A stretch of DNA of 64,000 nt from a virus, in the IMG/VR virus record IMGVR_UViG_3300035171_000016, positions 83,761-147,760 of that record; one strand, written 5' to 3'. Shown here one piece after another: positions 1-7,743 of the stretch (positions are counted from its first letter, which is position 1; each line of letters starts with the position of its first letter). Position numbers and translations under genes: made by a program. Below the pieces are notes generated by a model. It was not told the origin of the DNA, made no database searches, and saw only the letters and a list, made by a program, of their open reading frames with translations.

Positions 1-782
1 TTTTTATATCCTACTCTATCATATACTATGGATGTTATAATATCATTTTTATAGCCAGATGTCAACGCTAATTTTCTAATCCCGTCTTCAATAAAGGTCT
101 CACCTGTTATTAAATTAGTTAGTTTCCAATAAAAAGTATTACAATTTCTATTGTTTTTTAATTTTTTTGATATTTTTTCGTTTCTCTTATTTTTGTGAGG
201 TTCTACATTATTTTTTTTATCAAAAAATGCTTGATATTTTTTTAATATTAAACCTTTAAATCTTATAGAATTTACAATTGTACAATGTTTTATTCCTAAT
301 TCTTTGGCACAGTTATTTATTGATTCAAATTCCTTTAAAAAAAAGCCTTCTTTATTATATAGAAATACTTTTTTCTTATTCTTTGCGGATTTAATATGGT
401 TTTTTATACACTCCTTATTTTTTTTAAAGTTTTCTCCGCCATCTGTTAAATTGTAACCATACTCTTTTTCGTTTGATTTAAAAAATTTTATCCAATATGT
501 TTCTCGTTTTGCAAGATTTTTTAAAGATACTTCTTCTATTATAAGAAAATCAAATTTATCAAAACCATATTTTTTAATGGCTCTATGTATCGCCATCTGA
601 CCTCGCCCATTTATTCCATGATATAAATAAGACTTAAATCTTTTACTTAAATTGGTAGTTAAGCCTACATAAACCTTTCCATTTACTAGATTAGATAATT
701 TATAAATTAAACATTTTTTATAGTATATGCCATAGGTTTTATATCTTTTTCGTTCTAAATTTTTTATTTGTAATAATGTCAT
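1..782 (-). CDS. GIY-YIG homing endonuclease, 3' end runs off window (not in ORF track)
   Basis: Manual translation from ATG at 782 gives MTLLQ...CLIYKLSNLVNGKVYVGLTTNLSKRF...AIKKYGFDKFDF...RETYWIKFF...GYNLTDGG, followed by a NUMOD-like segment (KEFESINNCAKELG). The frame is open to position 1. Confidence 0.88.
   Translation of the reverse strand, partial: MTLLQIKNLERKRYKTYGIYYKKCLIYKLSNLVNGKVYVGLTTNLSKRFKSYLYHGINGRGQMAIHRAIKKYGFDKFDFLIIEEVSLKNLAKRETYWIKFFKSNEKEYGYNLTDGGENFKKNKECIKNHIKSAKNKKKVFLYNKEGFFLKEFESINNCAKELGIKHCTIVNSIRFKGLILKKYQAFFDKKNNVEPHKNKRNEKISKKLKNNRNCNTFYWKLTNLITGETFIEDGIRKLALTSGYKNDIITSIVYDRVGYK
37..65 (-). promoter_or_regulatory. sigma70-type promoter for a gene left of the window
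   Basis: TTGACA-17nt-TATTAT on the minus strand. Confidence 0.55.
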
Positions 783-829
783 ATTTATGGATACACATAA
801 ACAAATCAGAAATACATATAAATATAAAA

Positions 830-1756
830 CTAATTTTTATACCATTCTAAGATTGAATCTTTTCCCTCGGCCATTAATTGCTCATTAAAGTCTTTATATG
901 GTTTTTTAGGAAGTTTAATTTTTATTTGTTTAGAATCAAAATATTTACTTAATCTTTTATATGCTTTATTTGCAGAATTAAGGCCAGCATTATCATTATT
1001 TGTAGCAATAATTATTTTAACATCTTGAATTTTAAGAAGATAATTAATTATCGGTAGGCCGCATTCAGTTCCAAACATACAGACAGAAGTTCTTATTCCA
1101 CAGGTCAAAAATGAAATAACATCTGATATTCCTTCAACCAAAATTATTTCCTTCTTTTCTTTTATGTCTTTATTATTTAAAAATAAAGGATAAACGGTAG
1201 ATTTTGAACCTCTTAAAATCCATTTCCACTCTTTATTATTTCCATTAATATCTCTTCCGGCCAACATTGTTATTTGGTTCTTAGAGTTCAATACAGGAAA
1301 AACATATTTGCCTTTTAAAATACCCTTGTCAGAAAAAACTCCGCCTCTGGTTTCTTGTAGAACTTCCTTGCTAATTCCTCTTGATTCCCAATAATCATAA
1401 ATAGGAACCAAGCTTTTAAAAATGTCGTCGGAAAAAATCTTAATTTGTTTGATTTTAGGACTAGGCGGCGGCAAAACTATATTATTTTTTTGTAAGTATT
1501 TTTCTAAATCTTCGGTAGATAATTGGTTAGTAACCAAAGAAATTAATCGTTTAATATCAAACTTGCTACCCTCTACGAAATCCAAACAAAGATTTTCTCC
1601 CCAATAAATAGCAACGCTTTTTGGGTCTTGTCCAGAACGCCATAATGCTGCCGTATTAAGATAGTTAGAACTTTCGCTAACAGGATAGCCATGAGTTAAT
1701 AGGATATTTTTAATAGCATCCTTATTTTTAAAGGAATATTCTCCAGAATTATACAT
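830..1756 (-). CDS. DNA primase (DnaG-like TOPRIM)
   Basis: YWESRGI, VFPVLN...LAGR, TOPRIM motif ILVEGISD, IIATNND, KDFNE. Confidence 0.85.
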   Translation of the reverse strand: MYNSGEYSFKNKDAIKNILLTHGYPVSESSNYLNTAALWRSGQDPKSVAIYWGENLCLDFVEGSKFDIKRLISLVTNQLSTEDLEKYLQKNNIVLPPPSPKIKQIKIFSDDIFKSLVPIYDYWESRGISKEVLQETRGGVFSDKGILKGKYVFPVLNSKNQITMLAGRDINGNNKEWKWILRGSKSTVYPLFLNNKDIKEKKEIILVEGISDVISFLTCGIRTSVCMFGTECGLPIINYLLKIQDVKIIIATNNDNAGLNSANKAYKRLSKYFDSKQIKIKLPKKPYKDFNEQLMAEGKDSILEWYKN

Positions 1757-1759
1757 ATT

Positions 1760-1948
1760 TTAAATTACTGCTAAAAGTCTAATAGGCCAATATAAAAGAT
1801 ATACTGGTAATAATATAGAATAAAATAATATTACAACTAATGAAGGATATTTAAAAGCAGTAGACATATCAATATAAACTGATTTCATATATCGTAAATC
1901 AGCCAAAAAGGTGATAAATCCTAAAGTTAAGTAAGCCTCTATTAGCAT
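1760..1948 (-). CDS. small membrane protein
   Basis: 62 aa with two hydrophobic segments; sigma70 promoter directly upstream. Confidence 0.6.
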   Translation of the reverse strand: MLIEAYLTLGFITFLADLRYMKSVYIDMSTAFKYPSLVVILFYSILLPVYLLYWPIRLLAVI

Positions 1949-1956
1949 AGGATATT

Positions 1957-1985
1957 AATATAAGAGTTTAACATTAAAAAGTCAA
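1957..1985 (-). promoter_or_regulatory. sigma70-type early promoter (primase operon)
   Basis: TTGACT-17nt-TATATT, 8 nt before ATG 1948. Confidence 0.65.
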
Positions 1986-1996
1986 GACTTTAATAT

Positions 1997-2187
1997 CTGC
2001 GTAGCAGTTTGAGATGAAAGACCTATCTTATTTATATAATTAATTGCGTAGCAAATATAATTAAAATTATAAGAATCATTTAAAATGGCCGCGATTTGAG
2101 CTTCTTATTCTTCTTTCAGAAGAACTGTCGTTCCGACAGAATTTAAGAGTAGTATAGTTTTATTTATCTATTACGAGCGATAGCGAG
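1997..2187. repeat. cluster of GC-rich mini-hairpins with GNA-type loops
   Basis: CTGC-GTA-GCAG (1997-2007), TTGC-GTA-GCAA (2044-2054), TTCTTCT-TTC-AGAAGAA (2108-2124), CTGTCG-TTC-CGACAG (2125-2139), and GC-GATA-GC near 2177, all in AT-rich non-coding DNA. Confidence 0.6.
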
Positions 2188-2215
2188 TTTATAATAAAAT
2201 ATTATACTCTTTCGT

Positions 2216-2541
2216 GTCAAGATACAAAAACTCCATATAATTTTAGGGATATGTAAAATATATCTTTAATATTAAGAACGTGCTAAGGTCGCCTATAAGC
2301 ACTTAATTTTACTATCTGTATTCGACTGTCGTGGCTTCTATTAAGAATTTGTATTCGCCACCCTATAATAAGACATCAATATAGTCTTTATTATAAAATA
2401 TACCTTAAATTAATAGTATTGGTTATCAGCTATTAATAGTATATAATCTTTTTGTTTGTTTAAAGTCTCCCCTTCTCTTTCCGCGAGCGGCGAGTTAAAT
2501 TTCCACCTTTCGGCGTTTCTTATGTTATGGGTCAAGACTCC
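2216..2541 (-). ncRNA. candidate structured non-coding RNA immediately downstream of the HNH gene
   Basis: Seven or more nested or serial stems. Several pair fully only on the minus strand through G-U pairs. One carries a GAAA tetraloop (CGCC-GAAA-GGUG, 2515-2504). Confidence 0.55.
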
Positions 2542-3006
2542 CTATTCTTTAATTTTAATAGAGTCAGATTTACTTATTTCGTTTTTTAGAAAATTTATAC
2601 GATTTAAAAGATTATTTTTCTTTTTTATATTTTTAGTACATACCTTATTAAGCTCTAAAAGAGCCGAAAGTCTTAATTTAGATAATTCTAACGGACTTAT
2701 TTTATTATTGTTACTAATTGATATAGTATCTTTTTTAAGTGTATTTATTTGTTTTTTGTTTAAAAATGGCTCGGAACCATATATAGAAATAGCTTTATGT
2801 GTAGATTTATGACATTTAAAACATAAAACAATTAAATCATCCATAGATGTTTTATACCAATTTTTATTATAAACTTTATGATGACAATTTAAGTTCTCGG
2901 TAGAGCGGCAATATTCGCATTTATTTCCAACCGAAAACTTCTTTTTTATCGAAAGGTTTTTCCAAAAACCGCTTTCTAAAAAAGCTCTGTAATTATTATT
3001 AGACAT
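2542..3006 (-). CDS. HNH endonuclease (Zn-binding) with basic C-terminal coil
   Basis: Y..FL.S..W motif, then CEYC...LNCHH.VY...DLIVLCFKCH..TH. Confidence 0.85.
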   Translation of the reverse strand: MSNNNYRAFLESGFWKNLSIKKKFSVGNKCEYCRSTENLNCHHKVYNKNWYKTSMDDLIVLCFKCHKSTHKAISIYGSEPFLNKKQINTLKKDTISISNNNKISPLELSKLRLSALLELNKVCTKNIKKKNNLLNRINFLKNEISKSDSIKIKE

Positions 3007-3020
3007 AAATTATTGCTATA

Positions 3021-3049
3021 ATATTAGAATCATTTAAACAAAAAGTCAA
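3021..3049 (-). promoter_or_regulatory. sigma70-type promoter for the HNH gene
   Basis: TTGACT-17nt-TAATAT. Confidence 0.6.
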
Positions 3050-3072
3050 CATCTTTTTAATTAATTTTATTC

Positions 3073-3101
3073 TTGACTTAATATCATATATAACATATAC
3101 T
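3073..3101 (+). promoter_or_regulatory. sigma70-type early promoter (leaderless)
   Basis: TTGACT-17nt-TATACT, 7 nt before ATG 3109; divergent from the 3021-3049 promoter. Confidence 0.7.
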
Positions 3102-3108
3102 TATATCA

Positions 3109-3300
3109 ATGCCTAAAATATTGACTATCTTAGTGGATAAAATAAATCCAGAGCCAACAATAGAAGAAATGAAGGCTTTTGGTGTAAGATTTGATAGAAT
3201 TAGCTGGAATAAGCTAACTGGTAATAAGGAATTTATGAAAGTTTTTCCTAAAAATCTAAAACTAGCAGAGAAATTAGTTAATAATATATTAAATAATTAA
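3109..3300 (+). CDS. hypothetical protein
   Basis: ORF directly after promoter. Confidence 0.6.
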   Translation: MPKILTILVDKINPEPTIEEMKAFGVRFDRISWNKLTGNKEFMKVFPKNLKLAEKLVNNILNN

Positions 3301-3322
3301 TTAATTAACTATAATATTAAAT

Positions 3323-3775
3323 ATGTCAATAATTGAAGCTCAATCTATTTTAACAGGCTGGTTCGTAAAGCATGACTCGATTAATAATGAACAATTTATC
3401 TCTATCGCTCCGAAAAAGACATTACCGAATGAGGCTGAGGCCGCGTTTTCGTTTGCTCTACAAGAATTTGAAAATAAAGGAATTGTCGGAAAGTTTATTG
3501 GTGTCAACGACAAGGGTAACTCATTATTTACTTGGTGTCTTAGGAGGCCCTTAATTCTCAATAGCCAAACATTAGTAATTAATGGACAAACGGCCCTATC
3601 AATAAGTAATTGTGTTAATTCATTTTACGAATCAATGGGTGATAAAGAAAATTTCTGCAATCCTTTGGAAATATGTCAAAACGATATAGATATTTTACTA
3701 GAAATAACCTCGCTTTTATCTGAACAAAATTTAGAAAAAAATAATAATAAAGAAAATATTAAAACTAATAATTAA
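3323..3775 (+). CDS. hypothetical protein
   Basis: 150-aa ORF in operon. Confidence 0.65.
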   Translation: MSIIEAQSILTGWFVKHDSINNEQFISIAPKKTLPNEAEAAFSFALQEFENKGIVGKFIGVNDKGNSLFTWCLRRPLILNSQTLVINGQTALSISNCVNSFYESMGDKENFCNPLEICQNDIDILLEITSLLSEQNLEKNNNKENIKTNN

Positions 3776-3793
3776 TTATAAATTGTAAACTAT

Positions 3794-4396
3794 ATGAGAA
3801 AAACTAATTTAATAGCATTATCATCAGCGGCAACCGGAGGAAAAGATACTCTGTATAATATTTTAGAAAAAATATTTAAACAATATAGTATTACATCCGA
3901 TAGGCTTGCTCTTGCTGACCCTCTTAAATCAGAGATAAATAGCTTCACGCAAGCTCAATATAATATTAGTGCATTTACTAAAGACCCCAAGGAAAAAGAG
4001 TTAATTAGACCGTTAATGGTTATTCATGGAAAAATTAAAAGAACTCAAACTAGTGGCAAATATTTTACCTCTTTAGCTCAGGAAAGATTAAATAGTAATA
4101 TTACTGATAATATATTAACAATTGTTACAGATATAAGATATTCCTCTTATTCTGAGGACGAACTTTATTGGTTGAAAAGTAATAATGGTATTTTAATACA
4201 TATCGAAAGAATAAATGTTGACGGCCAAATAATTGAGCCCGCTAACATTGATGAAAAAGAAAATGACCCTAAAATTAAATCAGCCGCCGATTACCATTTA
4301 CGCTGGCCAACTACAGACAATGAACAATTAAGAGAAGATTTTGTCAAAACACAACTTAAAGACTTAATTGAAAAAATTATCAATGAAAAAAATTAA
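3794..4396 (+). CDS. deoxynucleoside monophosphate kinase (T4 gp1-like)
   Basis: P-loop IALSSAATGGKDT, ALADPLK, VTDIRY..E. Confidence 0.8.
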   Translation: MRKTNLIALSSAATGGKDTLYNILEKIFKQYSITSDRLALADPLKSEINSFTQAQYNISAFTKDPKEKELIRPLMVIHGKIKRTQTSGKYFTSLAQERLNSNITDNILTIVTDIRYSSYSEDELYWLKSNNGILIHIERINVDGQIIEPANIDEKENDPKIKSAADYHLRWPTTDNEQLREDFVKTQLKDLIEKIINEKN

Positions 4397-4994
4397 CTTT
4401 TCTAAATTAACGGAAAATCAATTAGTTAATAGAGTTCAGAATAAATGCTGTAACGATTCTATGCTAGAGTTGATTAACAGGCATACTAAATTGGTATGCT
4501 CTGTAATTCATCGCTTTTCTAGAAGAAATATTCATATAAAGATTAACGACCTACTTGACGACCAATATTTAATTTTTGATGATGCTGTTAAAACATTTAA
4601 TGTTAGAAAAAAAACTAAATTTACATCTTGGCTCTACGCAAGAACAAGATTTTGGATATTAAATAATCACAAAAATGAGGATAAATTGATTCATTTAGAA
4701 AATCAAGATATAGAAGATATTTTTAATAAAAATGAAAAATTTTATCATTCAAATGATTCTATGATTGAAAACAATAAATATATTTTTAATATTTTAGGTC
4801 AAGTTAAAGATAAGAGAATTATTGATATTTTTAAAATTAGATATTTTAATGATGCTGGAAAGTCTAAAACCCCTTGGAAGGAAATTGCTAATAAGTTTAA
4901 TTTAAGCATTACAAGAGTAATTTCTCTACATGAAGAGGGAAGAAAGATACTTTTAGATAAATTTAACAGTAAAAATAAAATGGATGTCCTATAA
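4383..4994 (+). CDS. RNA polymerase sigma factor-like protein
   Basis: Region-2-like LINRHTKLV...DLLDD...AVKTFN..KKTKFTSWLY and region-4 HTH RYF...PWKEIANKFNLSITRV. ATG 4383 is preferred over TTG 4368. Confidence 0.75.
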   Translation: MKKINFSKLTENQLVNRVQNKCCNDSMLELINRHTKLVCSVIHRFSRRNIHIKINDLLDDQYLIFDDAVKTFNVRKKTKFTSWLYARTRFWILNNHKNEDKLIHLENQDIEDIFNKNEKFYHSNDSMIENNKYIFNILGQVKDKRIIDIFKIRYFNDAGKSKTPWKEIANKFNLSITRVISLHEEGRKILLDKFNSKNKMDVL

Positions 4995-5010
4995 TATATA
5001 AAATAAACAT

Positions 5011-5271
5011 ATGCCAGACTTTGAACAATCACCAGTAAACAAACCCCAATATCAAAAATCTAATAGAAATCCAGAATCAGTTGGAGCTTGTTGGATTAAA
5101 CAAAACGGTAATGGAATTGATTACCTTTCAATGAAGATAGAGCTTAAAAACGGAGAGGTATTAAATATTAAAGGATTTCTAAATTCTGAAAAAGTTACCG
5201 GAGACGCAAAGCCAGAATATATCCTTTATCCAAGCAAGGGAATAGTAAAAGAAAGAAATGGAAACAAGTAA
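5011..5271 (+). CDS. DUF736-like small beta protein (possible ssDNA binding)
   Basis: VGACW.K....DYLS..I...KPEY pattern. Confidence 0.5.
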   Translation: MPDFEQSPVNKPQYQKSNRNPESVGACWIKQNGNGIDYLSMKIELKNGEVLNIKGFLNSEKVTGDAKPEYILYPSKGIVKERNGNK

Positions 5272-5485
5272 TATGACACCAGAAAATTTCTGCTATTGGC
5301 TACAAGGATGGATAGAGTTAAATAAAACCTCTAATAAAAATGCCAAAGCTTCAAAAGAAACATTAGAAATGATTGAAAATCATTTAAAGTTAGTTTTTTC
5401 TAATGTAACAGAATTTAAACCAATTCCCGTCTCTAATAACGGAATCCAACCAACTAGAGACGGAGTTCCCCAGTTATATTGTTAA
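5258..5485 (+). CDS. conserved small phage protein
   Basis: MTPENFCYWLQG...I..HL.LVF motif, common in phage hypotheticals. Confidence 0.6.
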   Translation: METSNMTPENFCYWLQGWIELNKTSNKNAKASKETLEMIENHLKLVFSNVTEFKPIPVSNNGIQPTRDGVPQLYC

Positions 5486-5487
5486 AT

Positions 5488-6576
5488 ATGAATTATACAT
5501 TTAATGTTCCCATAAATAATCTTTCATTCGGCTCTGTTTCTCTAAATATTCTTAGAGAATCATACGCAGCCGGTCACTCTCCATGTATTATTCCTATTGG
5601 TGGTCAGGTGGATATTTCTGCCCAAAAAGAAGATAAAGATTTTTTTAACTGGCTCCAATCATGTTTAAATAAAGGATTAAAATCTCATAAGAGAAGCTTT
5701 CCGGTATTAAAATTGTGGCATCTTTCGGGCGGCATAGAATCACTAAGTAATAAACAAGTATTATATACTTTCCATGAACTAGATGGCGTTACGCCAGAAG
5801 AAATTAATGCCGTACAAAATAATCATAAAGTATTATTTGCCTGCGATTATAACACAAATACGTTTAAAGACTACGGATGTACAAATGTAGAAACGGTTCC
5901 GCTTGGATTTGATAATATAAATTTTTATAACACTAATAAAGAATATTTTAATGATGGCAGAATATCATTTTTTATTGGCGGTAAGTGGGAGCCGGTAAGA
6001 AAACGTACAGATAAAGTTATTCAAGCTTGGATTAAAAAATTTGGAAATAATAAAAAATATTTCTTAAACTGTGCCATTCAAAATAATTTTGTAAATCCAG
6101 AACAGCATAACCAAATATATTCAAATATTACTAAAGGACAAAGATATGGAAACGTACAGTTTTTAGGATTTATGCCTAGAAATGATATTTATAATGATTT
6201 TATTAATTCTCACGAAATAGTACTAGGATTAGGAACAGAGTCTTGGGGCATTCCAGAATTTACAGCCACAGCATTAGGCAAGCATTCGATTATATCAAAT
6301 TATGCAGGACATAAACAATGGGCTAATAACGATAATTCTGTATTAGTTAATCCTTGTGCTAAAATTCCGGCATATGATAATATGTTTTTTCATCCTAATC
6401 AACCATTTAATCAGGGGAGTGTCTACGATTTTAACGAGGACGAATTAGTTAATGCTTTTGAATTAGCTATAAAGCGTGTTGAGGCCAATAAAGTTAATAT
6501 TGCCGGATTAGAACTACAAAAAGAATTTACCTATAAAAAAACCTTTGATAAAATATATCAATTATTAAGCGAATAA
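5488..6576 (+). CDS. glycosyltransferase, GT-B/GT4-like
   Basis: VPLGFD, GKWEPVRK, ESWGIPEFTATALGK (EGxGLPxxEA-like). Confidence 0.8.
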   Translation: MNYTFNVPINNLSFGSVSLNILRESYAAGHSPCIIPIGGQVDISAQKEDKDFFNWLQSCLNKGLKSHKRSFPVLKLWHLSGGIESLSNKQVLYTFHELDGVTPEEINAVQNNHKVLFACDYNTNTFKDYGCTNVETVPLGFDNINFYNTNKEYFNDGRISFFIGGKWEPVRKRTDKVIQAWIKKFGNNKKYFLNCAIQNNFVNPEQHNQIYSNITKGQRYGNVQFLGFMPRNDIYNDFINSHEIVLGLGTESWGIPEFTATALGKHSIISNYAGHKQWANNDNSVLVNPCAKIPAYDNMFFHPNQPFNQGSVYDFNEDELVNAFELAIKRVEANKVNIAGLELQKEFTYKKTFDKIYQLLSE

Positions 6577-6577
6577 C

Positions 6578-6760
6578 ATGAATAATGACAAAACAATATA
6601 TTGTATTTGTGAAGATTGGCCAATTCAAAGTAAAATTATTGATAGTTTTATAGTTTTACAAGCGGTTCGTTCTGGGCAATACGATTTATATACTAAAAAG
6701 GGCGGAAAAGAATTTATATTTTGTCCGTTTTGTGGGTATAAACTAAAAAAGAATAAATAA
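6578..6760 (+). CDS. small Cys-rich (Zn-ribbon) protein
   Basis: CIC...FCPFCG. Confidence 0.55.
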   Translation: MNNDKTIYCICEDWPIQSKIIDSFIVLQAVRSGQYDLYTKKGGKEFIFCPFCGYKLKKNK

Positions 6761-6770
6761 TTAAATAAAT

Positions 6771-7010
6771 ATGAAAACCAATAAAAATTACATATTAAGA
6801 ACTGGTTTAGCATTAACATCTAGTAAAAGATTTCCTAAAAACTTAGAGTTGTCACAATTTGAATTAGATGGCACAGAAAAAGAAATATTTTATAAAATTA
6901 TGAGAAATACCGCTGCTGTATTTGCGGCACATTACTCAAATATTAACAACACAGATATAAATATAGAAATAAAAAAACTTATTAAAAAGTATAATATTAA
7001 AAATAAATAA
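6771..7010 (+). CDS. hypothetical protein
   Basis: tightly packed operon ORF. Confidence 0.55.
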   Translation: MKTNKNYILRTGLALTSSKRFPKNLELSQFELDGTEKEIFYKIMRNTAAVFAAHYSNINNTDINIEIKKLIKKYNIKNK

Positions 7011-7011
7011 T

Positions 7012-7215
7012 ATGAAAATTAAAATTGAATCGGCCTGCGACGGAAAAGAGCTTATTGAAGATTTTATTAATAAATTAAAATCTAATAATATAGAAGCCCC
7101 TTGGAAAGAGGGTGCTGACCTACCTATTGGCGTTAGAATTATTGTTAAAAATAAAAACGACCAAGAAATAGAGATTAGTCCCGATAAATTAAAAATTGTA
7201 TTTAATAAAGGGTAA
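7012..7215 (+). CDS. hypothetical protein
   Basis: tightly packed operon ORF. Confidence 0.55.
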   Translation: MKIKIESACDGKELIEDFINKLKSNNIEAPWKEGADLPIGVRIIVKNKNDQEIEISPDKLKIVFNKG

Positions 7216-7237
7216 CCATTTATAAAGAAGATATATA

Positions 7238-7642
7238 ATGCCATACTACGATTTTCTAAATCATAAAACCGGAGAAATTAAAACTTTATTCTTTGGAATG
7301 AATGAAGATAAAATTTATGTTGATTCTGACGGATATGAATGGAAACGACAGTTTTCAGTTCCAATGGCGGCGATTGATACTCAAAATGACGCCTTTGATG
7401 ATAAAAAAAATCTAGAAAAAATTAAAAACACAAAAGGCTCTCTTGGAGATATTCTAGATTATTCAAAAGAACAGAGTATTAAAAGAGAAGAAAAGCTTGG
7501 AACTACAGACCCTAAAAAACAGGCTTACTATGATAAATATGCAGCGGACAGAAATGGTAAAAGACACCTTAATGAAAAAAAAGAAAAACTTGAGAAAACA
7601 ATAAAAGAAGTAACAATTAAATATAACAAAAGAAACAAATAA
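7238..7642 (+). CDS. FmdB-like protein lacking Zn-ribbon cysteines
   Basis: MPYYDF...G....WKRQFSVP N-terminal pattern. Confidence 0.5.
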   Translation: MPYYDFLNHKTGEIKTLFFGMNEDKIYVDSDGYEWKRQFSVPMAAIDTQNDAFDDKKNLEKIKNTKGSLGDILDYSKEQSIKREEKLGTTDPKKQAYYDKYAADRNGKRHLNEKKEKLEKTIKEVTIKYNKRNK

Positions 7643-7743
7643 TCTTTTCAGTACACTTGAAAATATCTGTTAATAACTTTTTTTAGTTTTTAGCAGATTT
7701 TTATTTTATTTAAACTTGTTTAGATGTATACTAATATCCTATT

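Noticed and set aside
2456-2812. 118-aa + strand ORF and other short antisense ORFs in the track (e.g. 9547, 23907, 39147, 60503)
   Set aside because: Shadow frames opposite well-supported genes, with no motifs or promoters.
2216-3006. Group I intron with HNH ORF
   Set aside because: No interrupted host gene and no convincing P7 (R/S) pairing found.
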